Below, in pieces: positions 50,065 to 58,727 of a stretch of DNA of 64,000 nt. This stretch comes from Candidatus Hydrogenedentota bacterium (GTDB lineage Bacteria > Hydrogenedentota > Hydrogenedentia > Hydrogenedentales > SLHB01), in contig CAVUWV010000031.1 in assembly GCA_963745075.1 (NCBI GenBank), positions 224,001 through 288,000 of the forward strand, written 5' to 3'. Each line of letters opens with the position of its first letter. Position 1 is the stretch's first letter. A program made the position numbers and the translations under genes. A model generated the notes under the pieces. That model had not been told where the DNA came from and searched no databases. It saw only the letters and a list, made by a program, of their open reading frames with translations.

Positions 50065-50639
50065 AGCAGGTCGCCCCCGAGTTCGCTCAGTCGTGTGCGA
50101 AGCTGTTCGCGTGCCCGGGCCAGACGGCTTTTCACAGTTCCTTTCCGGCAGCGGACAATAGCCGCGATCGCGTCATAGTCCAGACCTTGAATTTCTCGCA
50201 GGATGAGCACCTCCCGATGTTCCGGGCTCAGTGAACTCAATGCTTCTTCCAACACTTGCTCGATTTCCCGAAGGCGGGCCTCGCGATCGGGGCGGTGCGA
50301 TTCGTCCGCCAAGGAACGGACCTCGTCGATGTTCTCATGCAGCGACCAATGTTTTCCCCGGCCACGCCGCGCGGAATCCCGAAGGAAATTCAGCGTGAGG
50401 TTGCGCGCCATTCCGAACAACGCGGTGGAGAATTTCGCCTCCGGCTGCAACCGGTCGAGGTACCGGTACACCCGCACAAAACTTTCTTGCGCAAGATCCT
50501 GCGCGTCTTGGTGAGAGCCCACCATGCGATAGCAGAAGTGGATTAGCGGTCCCTCGTAACGATGGACCAGCCGGGCAAAGGACTCCATATCGCCCGTGCG
50601 CGCCCGCGCCACGAGGTCCCAGTCCGGGATTCCACTCAT
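50061..50639 (-). CDS. ECF (RpoE/SigW-like) RNA polymerase sigma factor
   Basis: DAQDLAQESFVRVY, FSTALFGMARN, LREIQGLDYDAIA, GTVKSRLARAR. Confidence 0.93.
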   Translation of the reverse strand: MSGIPDWDLVARARTGDMESFARLVHRYEGPLIHFCYRMVGSHQDAQDLAQESFVRVYRYLDRLQPEAKFSTALFGMARNLTLNFLRDSARRGRGKHWSLHENIDEVRSLADESHRPDREARLREIEQVLEEALSSLSPEHREVLILREIQGLDYDAIAAIVRCRKGTVKSRLARAREQLRTRLSELGGDLL

Positions 50640-50665
50640 CGTCTGGGCTGCCTCAACCACATTGA

Positions 50666-50694
50666 CTTGAACACCTTTTGCGCTGTGAAGTTCC
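50666..50694 (-). promoter_or_regulatory. Putative autoregulatory ECF promoter GGAACTT-N17-TCAAG
   Basis: -35 at 50688-50694 and -10 at 50666-50670, upstream of ATG 50639. Confidence 0.45.
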
Positions 50695-50795
50695 GCAGGA
50701 ACGTGTCACGCGGCGTCTGCCCGCAAACGAGCAGTTTTGCGTTAACCTGCTACCACTAAATGTCTTACGCCGCCGCAAGATCCGATCTGTCGGGC

Positions 50796-52193
50796 CTACG
50801 TCCGTTTTACGCGGGGGCCGTCGGCGGTATCTTCGACGACCCAGCCGTCGGCCGCCAGTTCGTCGCGGATGGCGTCAGCACGAGCGAAATCCTTGGAACG
50901 ACGTGCTTCCTGCCGTTCCATGACGAGATCGAGAACGGCCTGGGGCGCTTCCGGTGCGGCGGGCGGCGCAAACAATCCCGTGACCGCATGCAAACGGTCC
51001 AACAGGTCGAGCGCGCGCTGCGCACCGGCCTGGCTCAATTCGTCCTGGTCCATCAACCGGTTGCTTTCGCGAAGAAATTCAAAGACACTCGCCAAGGCGC
51101 CGGAGATGTTGAGGTCGTCGTCCATGGCTTTTCCAAACTCGCGCTCGCACGAATCCGTGGGCCCACTTAGATCATCCCCGTCCCCTCGGACTTCGCCCAA
51201 CCGGATGCGAAAGTCGCGAATGCGATGGATGGATTCCTGCGCGGAATCGAGTCCGGCGAAGGTGAAGTTGCTGGGTTGACGGTAGTGGGTCGAGATTAGC
51301 GCCCATCGGATCGCGAGGGGGTCGTGGCCTTTCTCGACGAGGTCGCGGAGCGTGTAGATGTTGCCGAGAGACTTGGACATCTTCCGGTTTTCGACGAACA
51401 AGTGGGCGCTGTGCAGCCAGTACCGTACAAACGGTTTTCCCGTGGCGGCTTCCGATTGGGCGATTTCGTTCTCGTGGTGCGGAAACATGTTGTCGATGCC
51501 TCCGCAATGGATGTCGAAAGACTCGCCCAGGTACTTCATGCTCATGCAGGAGCATTCGATATGCCAGCCGGGACGGCCCTTGCCCAGTTCCGTTTCCCAG
51601 AAGACTTCGCCGTCTTCATCGTCATAGGCTTTCCACAGGGCAAAATCACGGGCGTCGTCGCGGGCGTATTCGTCGGAGTCAACGCGACCGCTGGCACCCG
51701 TGCGAAGCTGGTCCATGTCGAAATGACTCAAGCGGCCGTACTCTGGGAAGGTACTGAGTTTGAAGTAGATGCTGCCGTCGGCTTCGTAGGTATGGCCCCG
51801 GTCGCGGAGCGCCTTGATGAGGGCGACCATGTCGTCGATGTGATCCGTCGCGGCTGGATATTCTTCGGCCCGCTCGATGCCGAGGGAATCGAGGTCTTCG
51901 AAGAACGCCTGCGCGTAACGGGCGGTAAGCGATTTCAACGACTCGCCGGTTTCGCGGCACGCCCGGATGATCTTGTCTTCCACGTCGGTTAGGTTCATGA
52001 CGTGGTGCACGGCGAACCCGCGGTACTTCAGGTGCCGGCGCAGCAAGTCCTCGAACATGAACGTTCGCAAATTCCCGATGTGGGCGTAGTTATACACGGT
52101 GGGACCGCAGGTATACATGCGCACCTTGCCGGTCTCCAATGGCTCAAAATCTTCCTTGGTACGGGTCAACGTGTTGTAAAAGCGAATGGGCAT
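50796..52193 (-). CDS. cysS: Cysteine--tRNA ligase
   Basis: YTCGPTVYNYAHIGN, GRPGWHIECS, FPHHENE, KMSKSLGN. Confidence 0.98.
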   Translation of the reverse strand: MPIRFYNTLTRTKEDFEPLETGKVRMYTCGPTVYNYAHIGNLRTFMFEDLLRRHLKYRGFAVHHVMNLTDVEDKIIRACRETGESLKSLTARYAQAFFEDLDSLGIERAEEYPAATDHIDDMVALIKALRDRGHTYEADGSIYFKLSTFPEYGRLSHFDMDQLRTGASGRVDSDEYARDDARDFALWKAYDDEDGEVFWETELGKGRPGWHIECSCMSMKYLGESFDIHCGGIDNMFPHHENEIAQSEAATGKPFVRYWLHSAHLFVENRKMSKSLGNIYTLRDLVEKGHDPLAIRWALISTHYRQPSNFTFAGLDSAQESIHRIRDFRIRLGEVRGDGDDLSGPTDSCEREFGKAMDDDLNISGALASVFEFLRESNRLMDQDELSQAGAQRALDLLDRLHAVTGLFAPPAAPEAPQAVLDLVMERQEARRSKDFARADAIRDELAADGWVVEDTADGPRVKRT

Positions 52194-52352
52194 TCCGAAC
52201 TCCCGAACATGTGCCACACTGGGTTGAAACGGAGGGGCAAATCCATGCGAATTCTAGCGGTCTGTAGATAGTAGTTCAACGCGGCGAGGATAAACCGGCG
52301 AGGGCGCCGGTCGCACTCCGGTTTGGAGCGCGGGCTTCCAGCGATTGCGGAA

Positions 52353-53282
52353 CTACGAAAAGATAGCCTCGACGAATTCGCGAGCGTTAAAAGGTTGGAG
52401 ATCGTCCACCGTTTCCCCAACACCGATCAGCTTGATGGGAATTCCCAATTGCCGTTGAATCGCTACGGTGATTCCGCCTTTGGCGGTTCCGTCGAGCTTA
52501 GTCAAAACGATTCCCGTCACGTGCAACGCTTCCGTGAAAACTTTGGCCTGCTGAAGCCCATTCTGACCCGTCGTGGCATCCAGTACCAAGAGTACCTCAT
52601 GGGGTGCGCCGGGGATGCGTTTCCCGACCACGCGCTGAATCTTCTTTAGTTCTTCCATGAGGTTGACTTTGGTGTGGAGCCGGCCCGCCGTGTCGATCAG
52701 GAGACAATCGATCGACCGCGAGACGGCAGCGTCTGCGGCGTCGTACGCCACAGCGGCCGGGTCGGCGCCGTCCGCGTGTTTGATGATGGGCACACCGGTG
52801 CGTTCGCTCCAGATGGTCAACTGCTCGACCGCCGCCGCGCGGAATGTGTCGGCAGCGCCCAACATGACGGACTTGCCCTCCTTCTTCAGGTGGGAGGCGA
52901 GCTTGCCGGCGGTAGTGGTCTTCCCCGATCCGTTGACGCCGGCGATCAGGGTGACGTGGGGACCGTCGGCGGCCTTCCATGACAGCACATGGTCGCCGGG
53001 TTCGAGGGCTGCGGTAAGTTCGCTCTTCAGCATTTCAAAGAAGGCGTCGGGGCCGGTGATTCGCTGCTCTTTTGCGCGAGCCCGCATGTCTTCGATAATG
53101 GACATGGTAGCCTCGACCCCCAAATCGGCACTGATAAAAATCTCTTCGAGTTCCTCCAACAGTTCGTCATCGACAACCGAGCGGCCCGAAAACACCTTCC
53201 GGACACTGCCGGAGAAACTCTCGCGGGTCTTGGACAGGCGGTCGCGTAAGCGGCCGAAGAAGCCCCGTTTTTCCTCTGCCAT
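52353..53282 (-). CDS. ftsY: Signal recognition particle receptor FtsY (short, NG domain only)
   Basis: GVNGSGKTTT, AADTFRAAA, DTAGRLH, DATTGQN, TKLDGTAKGG. Confidence 0.97.
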   Translation of the reverse strand: MAEEKRGFFGRLRDRLSKTRESFSGSVRKVFSGRSVVDDELLEELEEIFISADLGVEATMSIIEDMRARAKEQRITGPDAFFEMLKSELTAALEPGDHVLSWKAADGPHVTLIAGVNGSGKTTTAGKLASHLKKEGKSVMLGAADTFRAAAVEQLTIWSERTGVPIIKHADGADPAAVAYDAADAAVSRSIDCLLIDTAGRLHTKVNLMEELKKIQRVVGKRIPGAPHEVLLVLDATTGQNGLQQAKVFTEALHVTGIVLTKLDGTAKGGITVAIQRQLGIPIKLIGVGETVDDLQPFNAREFVEAIFS

Positions 53283-53457
53283 GTATTCTACTCCTAAGTC
53301 CTTTTTCGGACGCCGCCGGATCGTAGCACCTGGGCGTATTGGTGAACAAACTCGGGAATTTGAAGTTTGTCGGGTGGTATTCGGCCACGAAAAGCGCGTA
53401 TGCTATATCGTATTGGCGACTCATCGGCAGACTTCATCGGCAGGGACGCTGTACAAC

Positions 53458-54249
53458 GTGGACTATGTCAAACACTTACTGATTCGAACGCCCTTCTACC
53501 GTCCGCTTTCCAAACTCCGCTATCTCGTTACGTATTGGAAACGCCGAAGGCACCCCGAACTCACGGCAATCTATGAGGAGCCCGTCGCTATCGAGGAAAT
53601 GATGCGTAAGGTGATGGGCGAATCGTGGAATTGCGTCGATGTGGGGTGTCACTTGGGTTCCGTGCTTAATGAGTTTGTCACGCTGGCGCCGCAAGGAAAG
53701 CATTATGCCTTTGAAGCGGTTCCGCAGAAGGCGGCTTGGTTACGGCGGAAGTTCCCGGAAGTGGCGATCATGAACGTCGCGCTCAGCGACACCTCGGGTA
53801 AGACGACGTTCTATGAAAACACCGAACGCTCCGGATTCAGCGGACTCCAGCCCCACTCCTACGAACCCGACGAAGGATTCAAGGAACATACCGTCGAGTG
53901 CAAACGGTTAGATGATGTCTTGCCGGCGGACTACGCCGTCAACTTTTTGAAAGTCGACGTGGAAGGCGCCGAACTGAAAGTGCTGCAAGGCGCATTGAAA
54001 GTGATCGAGCGGTGCCGCCCCTTCATTTTGTTCGAATGCACGCGATCGGGCCTCTCGCAGTACGTAATCCCTCCCGGCGACTTGTATCTTTTCTTTAGCA
54101 AAACGTTGGGGTACGACGTTTTTGTGGTCAAGGATTGGTTGATTGGCGGTAAGCCACTGACCCGCGGAGCGTTTGTGGAGGCAATAACCTACCCCTTCGC
54201 GGCATTCAATTTCCTGGCCGTGCCACGAAGTATGGGTAGCGACGGCTGA
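53458..54249 (+). CDS. FkbM family methyltransferase
   Basis: VDVGCHLG, YAFEA, FLKVDVEGAELKVLQG; start uncertain. Confidence 0.87.
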   Translation: MDYVKHLLIRTPFYRPLSKLRYLVTYWKRRRHPELTAIYEEPVAIEEMMRKVMGESWNCVDVGCHLGSVLNEFVTLAPQGKHYAFEAVPQKAAWLRRKFPEVAIMNVALSDTSGKTTFYENTERSGFSGLQPHSYEPDEGFKEHTVECKRLDDVLPADYAVNFLKVDVEGAELKVLQGALKVIERCRPFILFECTRSGLSQYVIPPGDLYLFFSKTLGYDVFVVKDWLIGGKPLTRGAFVEAITYPFAAFNFLAVPRSMGSDG

Positions 54250-54264
54250 CCGTTGTTTCGATGT

Positions 54265-55518
54265 CTATTGCGCGGCGGTCATCTTGGCCACTGACGTCGT
54301 TTCGTCGAGGACCTCGCCGTCGATTCCGACGGCTTTGTACGATGCGCGATCGGCCGTGACATCCACCACCCACACATGGTTGACGCCCATAGCAACGGCC
54401 TCGTACCAGCGCCGCTGCCGGTCGACGTTCCGGGGATCGACGCCCCAGGATCCGTCCCCCAGATAGATCACCCCGCCTTCGGCGACCTGGCCGTTCGTGA
54501 TGGGCTTGGTTCGTTTCATGGTGTGATCGTGGTTCTCGAAAGCCGCCGTCAATCCATATTCGTCAAAAACGGGTTCCCAATAGGTTTGGCCCCGCTCGGA
54601 CGACGTTCCATCAAAGTCGCGATGACTTGGATACAGCGGCACGTGGTACACGGCGAAGGTAAACGGGACGTTTTGCAGTTCGGAAAGCGCGCCGTCGAGC
54701 CATGCGGCCTGTTCCCCGTCATGGCTCGCAATGTGACCGGAATCGAGGACCAGGAAGGCCATATTGGCGCCGAAGATGCGGTCAAAATAGGTCTGGCCCG
54801 CCTGGGAACCGAAATAGGCGAAGTAGAATGGCGCCCGCACAGCGGGGTCCGTCGACGCGCTATCGTTGACTTCGTGATTGCCAATGGCCGCGAGCACCGG
54901 GATCATGCGTCCGTCGGAGGTTCGCATCAGTTCGTCCCAATTCTCGAACCAGCGATCCCAGTCTCGGTACTCCTTGAGATTACCGTTGGCGTAGGCGATG
55001 TCGCCACCGACGACGGCAAAGTCCGGATCCTGTTCCGCCGCCACGCGGAGCATCCGGCGCGTCCGCCGGGTCGTGTCCATGTCGCCGCCGGCGACAAAGC
55101 GGATGGGCCCGTCGCCGTCGGCAATGGTGCGAAACGAACGCTCGTCGGTGTAGCCCCCGCCAACGTCGCCGGCCACGAAATAGTACGTGGTTCCGGGTTC
55201 CAGTCCGGTCAGGGACACCTGATGAATCGTGCGAGTGACCGGAAGCCCCGGAATGCGCGTCTGCGTTCCTTCGGCTGCAAAAGCGTAGGTATCGGCCATG
55301 CCGTTTCGGGAGACGGTGTCGTAGCGGACGGTCGTCGTGTCCGACAGGTCCTGCGTCTGGTAGCCGATCGTAATGGAGGTGCTGGGATCGCCGGGGTACG
55401 TGAGGTACACGTACTCCGGGCGTGAGCAGGCCGAGGGCGCAGCGCCCAGGACGCCCGCGGCCAGAATAACCGCTAGTAGAAGATTGCGAACGGTCGGACG
55501 TGACGGTTTGGTTACCAT
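54265..55518 (-). CDS. Purple acid phosphatase-like (FN3 + metallophosphoesterase), exported
   Basis: LTGLEPGTTYY, GGDM, GGDIAY, IGNHE, YHVPLYPS, FENHDH. Confidence 0.9.
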   Translation of the reverse strand: MVTKPSRPTVRNLLLAVILAAGVLGAAPSACSRPEYVYLTYPGDPSTSITIGYQTQDLSDTTTVRYDTVSRNGMADTYAFAAEGTQTRIPGLPVTRTIHQVSLTGLEPGTTYYFVAGDVGGGYTDERSFRTIADGDGPIRFVAGGDMDTTRRTRRMLRVAAEQDPDFAVVGGDIAYANGNLKEYRDWDRWFENWDELMRTSDGRMIPVLAAIGNHEVNDSASTDPAVRAPFYFAYFGSQAGQTYFDRIFGANMAFLVLDSGHIASHDGEQAAWLDGALSELQNVPFTFAVYHVPLYPSHRDFDGTSSERGQTYWEPVFDEYGLTAAFENHDHTMKRTKPITNGQVAEGGVIYLGDGSWGVDPRNVDRQRRWYEAVAMGVNHVWVVDVTADRASYKAVGIDGEVLDETTSVAKMTAAQ

Positions 55519-55723
55519 GCGAATGACTCCTGGCGCCCTCGCTAAGGGCGTGCGACCTTGAAAACGCGGTTAGCGCCGAATATTTGATGCGGGAACGAAC
55601 TCATGTCTACCACAGGCGCGTTCCCGGTTCCAAACGAAATCCAACACAAGGTTTGAGCGCTTCGGCGCGAGTTGTTATGCTCACCGCGCTTCCATCACCC
55701 AGAATTACCGGAAACATTCCCGC

Positions 55724-57013
55724 ATGGACGAACAAGAGACGGCATCCGATCGCGACTCGAACGCGAGTGAGACTCCAGTCGATGCTACGCCCGCAGCGGG
55801 CCGTAGGCGTCGCGGAGCCTTGTCTTTCGTCGTTGTGTTTCTGGTCGTCACGGTTATACTCTTGGCGCTCGGGCGCTACGCCGTCAATACGCGGTTCATG
55901 AACTGGTATCTGTATCAGGTGGCCCATAACACGTCGGCTATTCTGAATATCATCGGATACTCGAGCCATCTCGAAGACCTCACGATGTATCAGGACCGGT
56001 CGGCGGACGTGCGGGCGGAACTCGATGCGTGGCGAAACGGTGATGACGCATCCGAGCAACCAAATCGGCCTCACGATTCCGGACCGTTGACGTCATACGA
56101 GATCTGGCAATACCGCTCAATGCTGCTGGCGCGCCAAGCCGCGTACACCGACGCCATGATCGAACTGCTCGAGTCGCAAACGAAGCCCGTGGCCGCTTCG
56201 GACCAGGAACGCATCACGCAGTTGCGCGCAGCACTCGATCGGTTGAAGGAGTCCACGCGGTACGAGGGGCCGAATGGAACCATGCAGGCCATGCCGCCAG
56301 AGATGGGCGCGCTAGTCCAGTCGTGCGAGGAAACGCTTCGGGCGTTGGAACAAGGGCAACGACCGGACAACGTGCCGCTCTCGGACGTGTTGGACCAGTT
56401 GGATAAGCAGATTGCGGCAGGCGTCGAACGGCAACGAGCCTATCTCAAGAACCGCGCGGTGCAACTTTCGATTCAGATTCACGATCGGCATGGACCGACG
56501 GTGGATTTCATCGCCAAGGCGGGTTTGACGACGCAACTTCGCGAGTCGGAGGAAGAACTTAATCGGGTGGAGCAGAATACGGCATTGAGCGCGTCAGAAC
56601 GAAAAGCCCAGGCCCAGAAACTGCAACAACAGGTCAAGAACTTGAAGACCGCCCGCGAGCGGGCAGACAAACAACGCGACACGGAAGCGGACATGGACAA
56701 GCGGTTCCGATTCAACGTCGTGCCGGATTGCGGGGCGTTACCGAGCATGTCCATCTTTTTTGCGGCGATGCTGGCCTTTCCCACGGACTTCCGGAAACGA
56801 CTCCTCGGATTGGCAATCGGGCTGCCGTTGCTGTACGGAATCAATATTGCGCGCCTGACCTGCCTGGCTTTGATCGGCGCGTACACGGGTAATGGGCGGA
56901 TCTTTGAGTTCGCGCACGAGTACGTATGGCAGGCGGTGTATATTGTGTTTGTGGTGATCATCTGGTTGATGTGGGTCGAGTTCATCGTGCGACCGGGGAG
57001 AAACAACCAATGA
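55724..57013 (+). CDS. Exosortase (XrtH-like) with large coiled-coil insertion
   Basis: VVPDCGA (Cys336), INIARL (Arg377), FAHEYVWQ (His398). Confidence 0.85.
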   Translation: MDEQETASDRDSNASETPVDATPAAGRRRRGALSFVVVFLVVTVILLALGRYAVNTRFMNWYLYQVAHNTSAILNIIGYSSHLEDLTMYQDRSADVRAELDAWRNGDDASEQPNRPHDSGPLTSYEIWQYRSMLLARQAAYTDAMIELLESQTKPVAASDQERITQLRAALDRLKESTRYEGPNGTMQAMPPEMGALVQSCEETLRALEQGQRPDNVPLSDVLDQLDKQIAAGVERQRAYLKNRAVQLSIQIHDRHGPTVDFIAKAGLTTQLRESEEELNRVEQNTALSASERKAQAQKLQQQVKNLKTARERADKQRDTEADMDKRFRFNVVPDCGALPSMSIFFAAMLAFPTDFRKRLLGLAIGLPLLYGINIARLTCLALIGAYTGNGRIFEFAHEYVWQAVYIVFVVIIWLMWVEFIVRPGRNNQ

Positions 57014-57015
57014 AG

Positions 57016-57176
57016 AACATCCCCCTTGATCCCCCTTCAAAGGGGGAAATCTACGCGACGCTTTGCGTCGCGCCAAGTCCACTTGGCGACTCACAACGTG
57101 ATCTTTCAAAGTGCGATATAACCTCACTAAGCGGTGCACGTAATTCCTCCTTTGAAGGGGGCTCAAGGGGGATGTT
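57016..57176. repeat. 33-bp inverted repeat pair (CCCCCTTCAAAGGGGG family)
   Basis: 57016-57048 vs 57144-57176, 2 mismatches. Confidence 0.85.
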
Positions 57177-57292
57177 TCATTTTCGCACCTGGCGATGATG
57201 AACGGTCGATTACGATAATGATTACGAGCACGATTACGATCGAGATCACACGAGGGGTTACGGACAAGTCCTCGGTAGTCGGATAAAGGACC

Positions 57293-57835
57293 ATGCCACG
57301 CGATAATCGCATACGACGTTTTCTCTGGTTCGCCGTCAAGGTGTTGCTGGCGATCCCCGTCTGCCTGGCGCTGTGGTGGTGGATGCTGCCGGTGTACGCA
57401 TGGTTCATCGGGGAAATCGCGGCGGTGTTTCTGCGTTTCCCGTGCGGCTACGCGATCGACGGCGTGACGGTCGCTCCTTCGGGGATTCTCAACACCGGCA
57501 CGATGCTGGGGTTCAAACTGGGGGACCACAACCCGTCGCTTCCCATCGCACAGCTCGTCAGCAATATCGCGACCTACGCCGCCCTCGTCATCGCCACGTC
57601 GGGTATTACGCTGAAACGCCGCGCCGCCATCGGTGCCATTGGATTCGCCATCCTTGCCGCCGGCCACGTCACATATCTGGTCCTTGCCTTCGCATTCTCC
57701 AATGCCATGGCCCAGAACCCCGTCCTGCCCACCGCCATCGCCCAGGCCTTCATCACCCTCCCCTTCGTCCTCTGGATCGCCCTCGCCTACTGGGCGCAAG
57801 CGGACTGGTTGCGGGGCGGGGAGGGGAAGCAATAA
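57293..57835 (+). CDS. Exosortase-associated membrane protein
   Basis: 4 TMs, downstream of the exosortase; AAGGA RBS; no catalytic Cys motif. Confidence 0.65.
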   Translation: MPRDNRIRRFLWFAVKVLLAIPVCLALWWWMLPVYAWFIGEIAAVFLRFPCGYAIDGVTVAPSGILNTGTMLGFKLGDHNPSLPIAQLVSNIATYAALVIATSGITLKRRAAIGAIGFAILAAGHVTYLVLAFAFSNAMAQNPVLPTAIAQAFITLPFVLWIALAYWAQADWLRGGEGKQ

Positions 57836-57916
57836 AAGGCGAGAGAAGACTAAGAACCTCTATCGACAATTGATAACCAATTGTCGCGCAACCATGTCGG
57901 AGGTCGAATCCGAATT

Positions 57917-57987
57917 TAGCGCAGGCGTCTCGCCTGCAGAATCGCTGGGTCAAGCTATGCCAGATGCAGGCGAGACGCCTGCGCTAC
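57917..57987. repeat. GTAG-type REP inverted pair
   Basis: TAGCGCAGGCGTCTCGCCTGCA (57917-57938) / TGCAGGCGAGACGCCTGCGCTAC (57965-57987), perfect 22-bp match. Confidence 0.85.
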
Positions 57988-58227
57988 ATTTCGCATGTCA
58001 TTCGTATAGGGATCTTGTTGGAGATTCTAGTTGGAAACGAGGCATATTGGACCAAACGGCCACGCAATGCGAACCGACGATCGGGATTACTCCGATTCCG
58101 CCTCACGCGTCATTTCCGAAGCTCGATATCACCGGCCGAGAACGGCGCATCCTCCCACTAAGAAATGTGCTCCATCAAGCTATACACGTATTTATATATT
58201 ATGAATACACCAGACATTCATCCAATA

Positions 58228-58593
58228 TCACATCTTGAAGGCGCCATAGGCCCCGAAAGCACTAACGATGGACAACGCGCACACGCCAACGACGCCGACC
58301 CAGAAAAACACCGGCAGCTTCCGGCTGAGAAGGTAGAGGGCAGCGGCGACCACTCCCGTGACGAGCCAGAGTGACCACATCATCAGAGTATCGTGCGGGT
58401 GGGTCACGATGGCGAAGGGGATGAAGACGGGCAGGCCCGGCAGGAGTTTCAGCCACGAGCGCCAGTAATCGTTCCATGGGTAGTCCATGAGGAAGAACCA
58501 GGACTGAGGCAGGTAGAGCGCGATCAGAATGCACGCCACGGCCAAACCGCGGTGGACGCGGCGTGGCTTTGAATCGCTGTCCGTCAGACTCAT
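58228..58593 (-). CDS. Small hypothetical membrane protein
   Basis: GGAGG RBS, 3-4 hydrophobic segments. Confidence 0.6.
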   Translation of the reverse strand: MSLTDSDSKPRRVHRGLAVACILIALYLPQSWFFLMDYPWNDYWRSWLKLLPGLPVFIPFAIVTHPHDTLMMWSLWLVTGVVAAALYLLSRKLPVFFWVGVVGVCALSIVSAFGAYGAFKM

Positions 58594-58727
58594 GCAGCGT
58601 TCCTCCGTGTCAAAATCCGCCTTGCGCGGCGGGATCGCTTTCCCGGCGTTGTGCGTGCGGGCCATGGGATTGCCGCAAGCTGGTGCCGAGGTGCTTTCCC
58701 GGTTCAGCGCGGTCCCGCAAGAACGCG

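Noticed and set aside
52281..52343. Hairpin GCACTCC/GGAGCGC between ftsY and cysS as a T-box or REP
   Set aside because: No T-box consensus; too short and degenerate to assign, at most a REP remnant.
52657..53457. 530-aa ORF 52657..54249 as one protein
   Set aside because: The N-terminal half is antisense to ftsY; only the FkbM portion is credible.
57633..58238. 201-aa ORF after the exosortase partner
   Set aside because: Overlaps the real CDS out of frame and translates the REP pair (AGVSPA/AGETPAL); likely spurious.
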